The translations under genes were made by a program, and so were the position numbers. Source: a bacterium (GTDB lineage Bacteria; Arandabacterota; Arandabacteria; Arandabacterales; JALGWA01). From it: a stretch of DNA of 38,916 nt. Location: positions 1 through 38,916 of the forward strand of contig JASFEA010000011.1 of NCBI GenBank assembly GCA_050125095.1, written 5' to 3'. Positions 1 through 8,587 of this stretch are shown piece after piece; the first letter of the stretch is position 1; each line of letters starts with the position of its first letter. The notes under the pieces were generated by a model. It saw nothing but the letters and a program-made list of their open reading frames with translations, was not told the origin of the DNA and did not search any database.

Positions 1-1
1 G

Positions 2-634
2 CCGCCGGGCATTCTCGAGGAAAAACAGGACGGCCTGTTCCTCGTGACCCCCGTAGACGCTGAGGCGACCGCTCGAGAACGCGAATCCAAACTGAAGGGG
101 CATTCGTATTCCAAGCTCCCCATCACCGCCCTGCATGAGGCATACCCGGGTCACCACCTGCAGCTTGTGTGGTCAAACCGGCGGGACACGATACCGAGGC
201 GTATGAGCTCATTTCTGTCCACGCTTTTCATAGAGGGCTGGGCGTTTTACTGCGAGGAGCTGATGGAGGAGCTGGGCTATATCGCCGAGCCCGTCCAGCG
301 TCTTGGGCGCCTCAAGGACCAGCTGTGGCGCGCGGCGCGCATCATTCTCGACGTCTCGCTGCACACAAGGGGCATGCAGGTAGAAGAAGCCGTCGACTTC
401 CTGGTAGAGAAGTGCCAGCTCGAAAGGGCCAGCGCTACGGCTGAGGTGCGACGGTACACGGGATCGCCTACGCAGCCGCAGTCCTATCTGATGGGGAAGC
501 TGGCCATACTCGATCTCATCGCGGATTACAGGAAAGCCAATCCCGGTGTATCCATGAAGGCCATGCACGACGCCATACTGGAATGCGGCTCGCTGCCGCC
601 GAGGCTGATGCGGCAACGCCTGCTCGGAACATAG
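2..634 (+). CDS. DUF885 family protein (putative metallopeptidase), 5' truncated by window edge
   Basis: Frame is open from base 2 (PPGILEEKQDGLFLVTP...). Motifs HEAYPGHHLQ, EGWAFYCE, WRAARIILD and PTQPQSYLMG are typical of DUF885. Confidence 0.85.
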   Translation, partial: PPGILEEKQDGLFLVTPVDAEATARERESKLKGHSYSKLPITALHEAYPGHHLQLVWSNRRDTIPRRMSSFLSTLFIEGWAFYCEELMEELGYIAEPVQRLGRLKDQLWRAARIILDVSLHTRGMQVEEAVDFLVEKCQLERASATAEVRRYTGSPTQPQSYLMGKLAILDLIADYRKANPGVSMKAMHDAILECGSLPPRLMRQRLLGT

Positions 635-730
635 TGGCGAAATTGCCGGGAATAAAGAGGGCCCGCGCCCGTGATTCGGTAAAACCCAGCGGCCCCGGGC
701 CCGGTTTGTTTCCTTCGTATTCCCTCTTCC

Positions 731-1123
731 CTACTTCTTGAGATATTGAATCACGTTGATGACCGCTCCCTGCGGGTCCTGGAGGCACGAGAAGCGGCCC
801 ACCCCGGGGATGTCCTTGGGCGGCACCATGATCTTGGCGCCCAGTTCCTTCGCCTTCTTGGCCACCGCGTCGACGTCGTTCACCGTGACATAGGCCTCCC
901 AGTGCGATGGCACCATCTCGGGCACCTCCGCAGGCATGGCCATGATGCCCGCAACGCCCCTGCCGCCGGCCTTGAGTATGGTATAGGCGGCGCCCTGCTG
1001 CATAGGCATCTCTGCCATCTCCCATCCGAGAAGTTGCTTGTAGAACTTCTTCGACGCTTCCATGTCGCGGGTCATGAGCTCGGCCCAGCTGAAATCGCCA
1101 TGTGTATCAAACCTGTTTCCCAT
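731..1123 (-). CDS. VOC / glyoxalase-bleomycin resistance family protein
   Basis: WAELMTRD..SKKFY..LLGW, WEAYVTVNDVD, DIPGVGRF..LQDPQGA. Start moved to ATG 1123, which has a GAGGAGGAG SD upstream; the track's start at 1228 lies on the -35 box. Confidence 0.9.
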   Translation of the reverse strand: MGNRFDTHGDFSWAELMTRDMEASKKFYKQLLGWEMAEMPMQQGAAYTILKAGGRGVAGIMAMPAEVPEMVPSHWEAYVTVNDVDAVAKKAKELGAKIMVPPKDIPGVGRFSCLQDPQGAVINVIQYLKK

Positions 1124-1199
1124 GCTCTCCTCCTCTTTAGGGGGACATACTCCTGGATTTGGCGCCGGGTGCAGCTCATCTTCTCTTGGGGTCGCGATG

Positions 1200-1228
1200 A
1201 GTATATCGCGGGGCGCGACCGGGGTCAA
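1200..1228 (-). promoter_or_regulatory. sigma70-type promoter for the VOC gene
   Basis: TTGACC (1228-1223), 17-nt spacer, TATACT (1205-1200) on the minus strand. Confidence 0.7.
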
Positions 1229-1275
1229 GGCAATTCGTAACCGCTTTGCTTTCCTTAAGCCCCGGCCGATGTTCC

Positions 1276-1304
1276 TTGAAGACAGGCCATAGGTGCGATA
1301 TAAT
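1276..1304 (+). promoter_or_regulatory. sigma70-type promoter for the secreted repeat protein
   Basis: TTGAAG (1276-1281), 17-nt spacer, TATAAT (1299-1304). Confidence 0.75.
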
Positions 1305-1406
1305 ACTAATGTAGACTATCCTCAGTTTACGTTTATGGGGCAAGCAGCTGCACGGTTCATGTGGGATTCCGGTGGGCGGCTTATGCCCCGAAGGAGGGAT
1401 TTTACA

Positions 1407-4400
1407 ATGAGGCGGATTATATTCTTACTGGCTGCTTTTGCCGTAACTTCCTGCCTGGCCGCAGAGACGGCCTTTGCCGACTGCTGCGAGGCGCCCGACA
1501 ACGGCACGGGCACGGTCACGTTCCCACCCGACTGTCCCTATGGTCACCCTTCCGAGCCCATGGTCCTTACGGTGGGCCTGCCCCCGGGAACCACCATAAT
1601 CTTCGACGGCCCGCTCACGGACTTCTACAATGTGGTGAATACTCCAGGCGGGACCCTCGGCGGGGAAGTATGTACTTTCGACGCATTTTTCGACTGGACC
1701 GTGACGGGAACCGGCACGCTTATGGGCTTCAACCGCCATATATACATGGCCGTTTCGGGCGAGATACACATCGGGCCCCGCACACCGGGAGACTCCATCC
1801 AGATATTCGACGCCCTCATATACAAGCTCCAGGGACAGCATTTCGGCGACCCCGACTTCTGCGAATTAATATTCACCGCCGGGGATTATTACGATCTGCC
1901 GTGTCCGGGCAAAGTCATGCTGACGAAGCTCCCGAGCGGTGACTTCGCCGTGGACAGCTTCTTCGACATCACCTACCGGATCCAGTACGAAGGATGCCCG
2001 GGAAGCCAGCTCGAAGACTACATGGGCATCGATGAGAAGCGCGTGCCGCGCACGTCCTGCAACGACTTCTATCTGGTGGACTGGGGGCGGCTGCAATGGC
2101 CGCACTTGATAGACGTGCCGCCCGCGACCGCCACTATGGTCTACGGAAGGTTCTACATCGCCGGGGCCACCGACCAATCAGCCGGCAACGACCCGAGCCC
2201 CGGGAGGATCCGCGTCCAGGTCGGCTACGGCGCAGACGGGTCGGACCCTTCGGCGGGCGGCTGGACCTGGTTTGACGCCTGGCCCAATCCCGGCTGGGAC
2301 GGTTCGGCCTGGGGAGAGCCCGACAACGACGAATACATGTCCTATCTTGTCGCTCCGACGGTGCCCGGGAACTATGACTACTGCTGCCGTTTCTCAGGTG
2401 ACGTCGGTCATACCTGGCTGTATGGCGACAGGGACACGGGCGTCCCCGGAGAAGACGGGAGCGAGAACGGCTACCAGACTGCGAACGCGGGCCAGATGAT
2501 TGTCGAGAACATATGCTGCCTGGCGCCCGACAACGGCTCCGGGACTGTGGACTTCCCGGCCGACTGCGACTATGGCCTCGCGGGATTCCCCATGATGATC
2601 ACGGGCGGCCTCCCGGCGGGCACGACCATCGAGCTCGCAGGACCGCTTACGGATTTCTATAATGTCGTCAATACCCCCGGGGGGAGTCTCGGCGGCGAAA
2701 TCTGCACCTTCGACGCATATTTCGATCTTACGGTGACAGGGACCGGCTCGCTGGCCGGATTCAACCGCCACCTCTACGTGCCGACGTCCGGGGTAATACA
2801 CATCGGACCGCGTAACCCGGGAGACTCACCGCAGTTCTTCCCGGGGAGGATAGACAGCCTATATGGCGAGCTCTTCGGCGACCCCGACTTCTGCGAGTTC
2901 ATTGTCCGCGCGGGATACCACTACGACCTCCCGACAATGGGGCAGACTTTGCTCACGGAGCTTCCGAGCGGCGACTTCGCCGTCGAGAGCTTCTTCGATA
3001 TCTTCTGCGAGGTGGAATTCGAAGGCTGCCCGGGCAGCCAGCTCGAGGATTACGCGGGCACAACCGTGCAGACCCTTCCGCGCACGACCTGCGCCGAATT
3101 CCTCAATATGGACTGGTGCAGGCTCCAGTGGCCGCACACCATAGAGACGTATAAGGCCACCGAAGTGGTGGTTTACGGGCGCTTCTATGTCGCCGGCCTG
3201 ACGGACCGCACCCAGTACAATGACCTTTCCCCGGGGCGCGTCCGCGGCCAGGTGGGCTATGGCCCCGAGGGCACCGATCCTTCAGCCTCGCCTGCCTGGA
3301 CATGGTTTGAGGCGACGCCGAATCCCGGCTGGGACGGCACCGTATACGGCGAGCCGGATAACGACGAGTACTGGGCCTCCCTGATCACACCCACGACAGA
3401 AGGCACATATGATTACTGCTACAGGTTCTCGGGAAACGCGGGGCTCACCTGGGTCTACGGCGACAAGGACACGGGCGTCCCGGGTGAGGACGGGAGCGAG
3501 AACGGCTACCAGGCCGCCAACGCCGGCAAGCTGACCGTGTGGGGAACATGCTGCGAGGCGCCGGATAACGGCAGCGGCACCATAGACTTCCCGCCCGACT
3601 GCGCTTACGACAACGAAGAGGAGCCCATGTACATCATAGACGGGCTCCCGCCGGGTGACACGATAGAACTCTGGGGCCCGCTCACCGACTTCTACAATGT
3701 GGTGAACACCCCAGGCGGAAGTCTCGGCGGCGAGAAATGCACCTTCGACGCCTACTTCGATTGGACCGTGTACGGCACCGGCTCCCTGGCCGGCTTCAAC
3801 CGCCACCTCTATGTGCCGGTATCAGGAGAGATGCATATCGGCCCGCGCAATCCCGGTGACCCGGTGCAGAACTTCACCGCCAGGCTTCATCATTTATTCG
3901 GGCAGCTCTTCGGCGACCCCGATTTCTGCGAGCTCATAGTGGCCGCCGGCGACTCCCTAGGCCTCCCCTCATCGGGCGCGACGCAGCTCATCGAGCTCCC
4001 CAGCGGAGATTACGCGGTGGACAGTTTCTTCGACATTACATACATAATACAGTTCGAGGGCTGCCCGGGAAGTCAGCTCGAGGACTATATGGGCATGACC
4101 ACGGCGCAGACCATGAAGGCGACGTGCGGCGAAAATGCCGGCGTGCCCGAGGACCGCCCGGAACCTGAAAGACCTTCCCGGCTCCTCCTCGCGCCGGGGA
4201 TTCCCAACCCGTTCAACAAGTCGACGACAATCGCGTACACCGTTCCTAGCGAGGCACACGTCTCGCTCAGAGTCTATGACGCAACGGGACGGCTCGTGAA
4301 CGCGCTTGTGGACGAAGTACGGCCGGCCGGAGAATACCGCGCCTACTGGGACGGAACCGACAGGTATAAGAACCGCGCCGCGTCGGGAGTCTATTTCATC

Positions 4401-4454
4401 CGCCTCACGGCCGGAGTGGAAGCGGCGACGCAGAGGATTGTGCTGCTGAGATAA
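1407..4454 (+). CDS. Secreted A-B-A-B-A repeat protein with C-terminal FlgD-Ig/T9SS-type sorting domain; function unknown
   Basis: AAGGAGG SD at 1391-1397 before ATG 1407. Signal peptide MRRIIFLLAAFAVTSCLAAETAFA. Three copies of a Cys-rich ~193-aa domain alternate with two copies of a ~150-aa domain. C-terminus reads PNPFN..TTIAY..VYDATGRLV..WDG..ASGVYF.RL. Confidence 0.85.
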   Translation: MRRIIFLLAAFAVTSCLAAETAFADCCEAPDNGTGTVTFPPDCPYGHPSEPMVLTVGLPPGTTIIFDGPLTDFYNVVNTPGGTLGGEVCTFDAFFDWTVTGTGTLMGFNRHIYMAVSGEIHIGPRTPGDSIQIFDALIYKLQGQHFGDPDFCELIFTAGDYYDLPCPGKVMLTKLPSGDFAVDSFFDITYRIQYEGCPGSQLEDYMGIDEKRVPRTSCNDFYLVDWGRLQWPHLIDVPPATATMVYGRFYIAGATDQSAGNDPSPGRIRVQVGYGADGSDPSAGGWTWFDAWPNPGWDGSAWGEPDNDEYMSYLVAPTVPGNYDYCCRFSGDVGHTWLYGDRDTGVPGEDGSENGYQTANAGQMIVENICCLAPDNGSGTVDFPADCDYGLAGFPMMITGGLPAGTTIELAGPLTDFYNVVNTPGGSLGGEICTFDAYFDLTVTGTGSLAGFNRHLYVPTSGVIHIGPRNPGDSPQFFPGRIDSLYGELFGDPDFCEFIVRAGYHYDLPTMGQTLLTELPSGDFAVESFFDIFCEVEFEGCPGSQLEDYAGTTVQTLPRTTCAEFLNMDWCRLQWPHTIETYKATEVVVYGRFYVAGLTDRTQYNDLSPGRVRGQVGYGPEGTDPSASPAWTWFEATPNPGWDGTVYGEPDNDEYWASLITPTTEGTYDYCYRFSGNAGLTWVYGDKDTGVPGEDGSENGYQAANAGKLTVWGTCCEAPDNGSGTIDFPPDCAYDNEEEPMYIIDGLPPGDTIELWGPLTDFYNVVNTPGGSLGGEKCTFDAYFDWTVYGTGSLAGFNRHLYVPVSGEMHIGPRNPGDPVQNFTARLHHLFGQLFGDPDFCELIVAAGDSLGLPSSGATQLIELPSGDYAVDSFFDITYIIQFEGCPGSQLEDYMGMTTAQTMKATCGENAGVPEDRPEPERPSRLLLAPGIPNPFNKSTTIAYTVPSEAHVSLRVYDATGRLVNALVDEVRPAGEYRAYWDGTDRYKNRAASGVYFIRLTAGVEAATQRIVLLR
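1479..4127 (+). repeat. Intragenic tandem repeat, unit about 1032-1035 bp (2.5 copies)
   Basis: CC-x-APDNG starts recur at 1482, 2514 and 3549. Near-identical DNA recurs, e.g. gacgggagcgagaacggctaccag twice and ttcggcgaccccga(c/t)ttctgcga three times. Confidence 0.9.
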
Positions 4455-4471
4455 GAATACATCTCAATGTG

Positions 4472-4507
4472 AAGCGGGACGGCCTTCACCGGCCGTCCCG
4501 CTTTATT
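4472..4507. terminator. Probably bidirectional intrinsic terminator between convergent genes
   Basis: Perfect 13-bp stem AAGCGGGACGGCC / GGCCGTCCCGCTT with a 6-nt loop TTCACC, followed by TATT on the plus strand. Confidence 0.8.
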
Positions 4508-4526
4508 AAACCCATTCAGGTGATTG

Positions 4527-7500
4527 CTAACGTATACGCATTATCTTGGCCGTTCCCAGTTCCTCGCCCTGCACCTTGACTCTCATGAAATAGAGCCCGG
4601 CCCCCGCCATCTTCCCCGATGAAGTCCTCCCATTCCACTCAAAGAGATGTTCGCCGGCGTCAAGCCTGCCGCTGAATACTCTCGCGACCCTTCGGCCGGC
4701 TATGTCGAAGATGTCCACTTCGACGTCGGAGCCGATCTTACCTGCGGAACGAGCGGCACCCAGCACGACAGATACATTTACCGTCCCCCTCGACGGGCTG
4801 GGGTAAGCGCGAAGCACCGGCGCGTCGATCCCCGGGCTGATACCGGGCACGCCCGCGCTGCAACCCGGATCGGGCACGCCGTCATTGTCGGAATCAACCG
4901 CGACCTCCGCGAAATTGTCGATCGCGGGCAGCGTGGCCGAGACATTATTGGGAGCCACGTCGCCTCCCAGCTCGCCGTCCGGCTCAGGGTCCCAGCACAC
5001 CGAGGCCACCACTCCGATTCTGGTCCCCACAGGCACCTGGTTGGATCCGAGACCGTAGATGACGTCCCATGGAACAGCGATTTCGCTGCCGCCGTCATAC
5101 CCGTACACGTGATTGGGGTCGAAGGCCTTAACGATCTCCGAACTCAATTCGGCGCTCGTAGTGTCGCTCAAGAGCTCCCAGAAGCTGTGCGAGTCGAATG
5201 CGCTTTGATGCTGGTAAGCTCCGTACTCGTAGTCGACTTTGAACCCGGTAGCCGAAAATGTCGCGCCTCTCTCCCAGTGGTCGATCGCGGTGAGGTCCGT
5301 ATAGCCGTCGGGACCGCCGACGTCGGTATCCAGGTAGAGGATCCAGGAGTTCCCCGAAACGTGCCCGCGAATGCCAAGATAGAGGTAAGTCGAATCCCAG
5401 TCGACGAATATGACATTGATCTCATTGGTATCGCCCGGAGAAGTCCCGTTCCACGCCGAGTCCCACCAGTCCTCCAGCTTGAGCCGCGGGCATTCCCAGT
5501 CGGAGTCGGGCAGGTAACCGTCGATCTGCACCTTGGTGGGCGGAGCTACAAGCACCGCGACATCGTCCTCATGGGTGACCTGCTCATTGGGATTCCCGGC
5601 CGCGTCTTCAACGGTGGAAGCAGCCATCAGGAGCTCTATACCGCCCGTGAGGGCCTCAAGAGCGGCGGCGCTTCCCGGGCTGAGATCGAAGCTTAGCCGG
5701 GGGGAAAGCCCCGTAGTCCTTAGGCTGTCCGCGCTCGCAAGCGTGACGTCAGCCACACCGTCGTTGTCGTCGTCGAAGCCAAAACCCGTGACCACGACCG
5801 CCGCCGTGTTGATATCCTCGTCGAAATCCAGGGTGAGATTGCCGTTGGTGGGGTAGAACACGCCGCTCTGAGGCTGCGGGGCCATGGTGTCCACCAGGCT
5901 GTCCCTCAGCGCCTTGAGCTCGGGGATATATCCCATGCCGTCCTCCGGGCTCGTATAGCCGCCGTACACATAGACCTCGAACGAACCGTCGCCGTAGAAC
6001 TCATCGCCGGTAAGCAGTGTCGCCTCGAACTGGAAGTTATGCGCCGCACCGGCCGTGCCTACCACTATGGCGCCGGTGGCGTCGGTATTGGTGTTCCTGT
6101 AGCCGAAATAGCCCCCGCCGTCGGGGTCCCACAGCCGCTCGAAGGACTTCCCCGACCAGGTAAGGTCCAGATTGTCCGTGCAGAAGCCGTTCTTGACATA
6201 GACCCGGTCGCCTGACGTGCGGTACTGCACCTTGAGGTGGCGGTCGCCGTAGGCGAGGCTTATCCTCTTCTCAACTTCTGCGATGTACGCCCTTGCCTCC
6301 ACCGTGGGCCCGGTCGCAGTGATGACTTCGAGGGCATAGAGGTCGTTTTCGCGGTTTATTCCGCCCACGCTCACATCGGAGAGCACGGCGGTGTGGTTTG
6401 TCTCATTGTAATCGCCGTCCGTATCCACCCAGTAGACATTATCGTTTGAGACGACGCTGTAGTTATAGCCGCTGCCCTTGCAGAAAAGCCATTGCAGTTT
6501 GCCGCCGATGGTGTCGAAAACTCCCAGAACGCGGTCGTTGTACATCACGAGCTCGTCCACACCGTCATCGTCGAAGTCGGACGTATAGGCCCCGATGGAA
6601 TCCACATAGAGGCCTCCGGCCCAGCGCGCAGCCTCCGCGTGGGCGTTGCCGCTGCGTATGTGGTTGGAGTAGTGGTGCTGCCAACCGGAGATCTCGCCCC
6701 CGTCATGCCAGCCGGTTTCGTGGAGGTTGGTCATGAGGACGTACCAGGCCATCTCATTGAGGTTGTTGGCCGGCCCGGCCATGGCCTTGCCCAGGGTATG
6801 GCTCCACTGGGCCCCGTAATTCCACTTCGGGTTGTGGCCGTCGAGGTTGGAAGAGCCTACATAGGATGCCCAGTCTCCGTACCACGAGTTGTTGCCGCCG
6901 CCATAGCCGTACCACTCTCCGAGCAGGCCATAGGTGCCGCTCTGCAGCGTCAGTGCCTGCGTCGTGAAGCCCGGGTCGCTTAAGACGTCGGTCAGTTTCC
7001 ACACCCCGACGGTGCCGCTGTTGTTGGAGCATTGCTGCAGAATCCAGATGTAGTTGTTAAGGGCGTCCGGGTTGCCGGCGCCCTGCGAGACTTCCGCTGC
7101 TATCTCGGCGTCGTTTGCGTAGATGATGATCTCGTCGGACGTGCCCGCCAGTATGGTGTTCCAGGCGTCGCCCGCGTTCCAGTTGACCTGGCCCACGAAG
7201 TCATTGTCGAGGGGCAGGATCTTGATGCTGTTGTATGTATATATGTGGTGATCGTTGAAGACGTCGTTGGCATAGCCGCAGTGAACGTAATCGTCGAGTA
7301 TAACCGCCCAGATGCCGTTGTCCGTGAAGTCGTCCCCTATGTAGTCTATGACATGCGCCGATGCGTCTATGCCGTTGCCGTCGAGGTCGGGGTTCTCGCA
7401 CCAGACCCTCTCGGGCACCCAGGCAACCCGCGGCGTGTAGCCATAGAGGGTGTTGATCATGTCGTTCTCGACGCTCACGGCCTTGCCGTTGATGTCGTCG

Positions 7501-8468
7501 CTGACAAATGGCATCATGTGCTGCCCCAGCGCGGACGAGAGAATCTCGTATCTTCCCGCCATCACGCCCGCGACGAGCGAGTCGTTGAAACCGGGGTCGT
7601 GCCACTCGGCGGCTGATATGAGAAGACCACCCTGATGCCAGTTCAGGGGCAGGTTGTAATAGTCATGTGCACCGAGGATCTCATCCGCCCCGTCGTCGGG
7701 ATTGTTGGGGTCGCCCGGATAAGACGCGTTCTCGCCGCGCTCGCCGCGGAACACGGTGGTATATGTGAGACCCTGGTTGAGATGCTGCGCGAAAGCCACG
7801 TTATGCGCGTTACTGAGCGGTGCGTTGGTCGTCACGATCTCGTCAAGCACCTCGCCGTCACGCGCCGTGAATACATAGAAGTTGACCGGCGCGGATTCCG
7901 CGACGGCCGCAATCTCGTCGCTTACAAAGCCGCCGGGAAGGTCGATGCTGGCCTCGATATTGGGCCACCGCTCGGGCGCCAGCACCCGCCTCACGCCCTC
8001 CGTGCCCAGCACCCCGAACTGCGAGTCCACCATCCGGGCCCTGACGCCGCCCTCGGGCTGCGCAAGCTCCACTCCCGCGTCCCACATGAAGGGAGCGCCG
8101 CCGGACACACCGTAAGGCAGCTCCGACGTGCCGCCTTCCTCATAATCCATAAGCACGAACACTCTCACCCCCTCGGCCAGCAGAGAGACATCGCCGGGGG
8201 CCGTGGGGGCCCGGTACAGCGAGACGCGGAATGAGAGCCGGTCGGCTCCCTGGTCGAAATAGAACGCCATGAGGTCGCCTATTGCGTCGCGGCCGCTTGC
8301 GCCGTCGTAGACCGGATCCAGGGCCTTGGCGTGCTGGGGGCCCCAGACATGGGGATCACCGCTTATCTCGACAGTGTGGGCCTGCGCGGCGGCCAGGGCG
8401 CCTGCGGGCGCCGCGGCGAAAGCAGCAAGGGCCACAAAAAAAAGAGCATACAAATGGATATACTTCAT
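4527..8468 (-). CDS. Secreted multidomain glycoside hydrolase family 57-like protein with Ig/DOMON-like modules and FlgD-Ig/T9SS-type C-terminal domain
   Basis: AAGGAG SD before ATG 8471/8468 and an Ala-rich signal peptide. GH57-like conserved regions: HLNQ, EILSS..GQHMMP, WVPERVW (nucleophile Glu), ANDAE (acid/base Asp). C-terminus reads YPSP..IFDIAGRRV..WNG..AGLYF. Confidence 0.75.
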   Translation of the reverse strand: MKYIHLYALFFVALAAFAAAPAGALAAAQAHTVEISGDPHVWGPQHAKALDPVYDGASGRDAIGDLMAFYFDQGADRLSFRVSLYRAPTAPGDVSLLAEGVRVFVLMDYEEGGTSELPYGVSGGAPFMWDAGVELAQPEGGVRARMVDSQFGVLGTEGVRRVLAPERWPNIEASIDLPGGFVSDEIAAVAESAPVNFYVFTARDGEVLDEIVTTNAPLSNAHNVAFAQHLNQGLTYTTVFRGERGENASYPGDPNNPDDGADEILGAHDYYNLPLNWHQGGLLISAAEWHDPGFNDSLVAGVMAGRYEILSSALGQHMMPFVSDDINGKAVSVENDMINTLYGYTPRVAWVPERVWCENPDLDGNGIDASAHVIDYIGDDFTDNGIWAVILDDYVHCGYANDVFNDHHIYTYNSIKILPLDNDFVGQVNWNAGDAWNTILAGTSDEIIIYANDAEIAAEVSQGAGNPDALNNYIWILQQCSNNSGTVGVWKLTDVLSDPGFTTQALTLQSGTYGLLGEWYGYGGGNNSWYGDWASYVGSSNLDGHNPKWNYGAQWSHTLGKAMAGPANNLNEMAWYVLMTNLHETGWHDGGEISGWQHHYSNHIRSGNAHAEAARWAGGLYVDSIGAYTSDFDDDGVDELVMYNDRVLGVFDTIGGKLQWLFCKGSGYNYSVVSNDNVYWVDTDGDYNETNHTAVLSDVSVGGINRENDLYALEVITATGPTVEARAYIAEVEKRISLAYGDRHLKVQYRTSGDRVYVKNGFCTDNLDLTWSGKSFERLWDPDGGGYFGYRNTNTDATGAIVVGTAGAAHNFQFEATLLTGDEFYGDGSFEVYVYGGYTSPEDGMGYIPELKALRDSLVDTMAPQPQSGVFYPTNGNLTLDFDEDINTAAVVVTGFGFDDDNDGVADVTLASADSLRTTGLSPRLSFDLSPGSAAALEALTGGIELLMAASTVEDAAGNPNEQVTHEDDVAVLVAPPTKVQIDGYLPDSDWECPRLKLEDWWDSAWNGTSPGDTNEINVIFVDWDSTYLYLGIRGHVSGNSWILYLDTDVGGPDGYTDLTAIDHWERGATFSATGFKVDYEYGAYQHQSAFDSHSFWELLSDTTSAELSSEIVKAFDPNHVYGYDGGSEIAVPWDVIYGLGSNQVPVGTRIGVVASVCWDPEPDGELGGDVAPNNVSATLPAIDNFAEVAVDSDNDGVPDPGCSAGVPGISPGIDAPVLRAYPSPSRGTVNVSVVLGAARSAGKIGSDVEVDIFDIAGRRVARVFSGRLDAGEHLFEWNGRTSSGKMAGAGLYFMRVKVQGEELGTAKIMRIR

Positions 8469-8503
8469 CATCGTTCTCCTTTGCTTAATATCCCATCTAT
8501 ACA

Positions 8504-8532
8504 ATTATAACATACTCAAGGGCTTAAGTAAA
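8504..8532 (-). promoter_or_regulatory. sigma70-type promoter with extended -10 for the GH57 gene
   Basis: TTTACT (8532-8527), 17-nt spacer ending TGT, TATAAT (8509-8504). Confidence 0.7.
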
Positions 8533-8587
8533 TCCGGCGGTGGCCCGGCGGGAACGGGGGAAACGGCGATTTACGGCGGGGAAGAGT

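Noticed and set aside
659-712. GGGCCCG...CGGGCCC inverted repeat between the convergent DUF885 and VOC genes
   Set aside because: Large imperfect loop and an offset T-tract; it may help termination but is too weak to call.
1293-1406. Upstream extensions given by the ORF track (also 1124-1228, 8472-8504, 9728-9814, 13516-13533, 13560-13664, 24042-24086, 30539-30580)
   Set aside because: They overlap promoters or neighbouring genes; the downstream starts fit SD motifs, signal peptides or family N-termini better.
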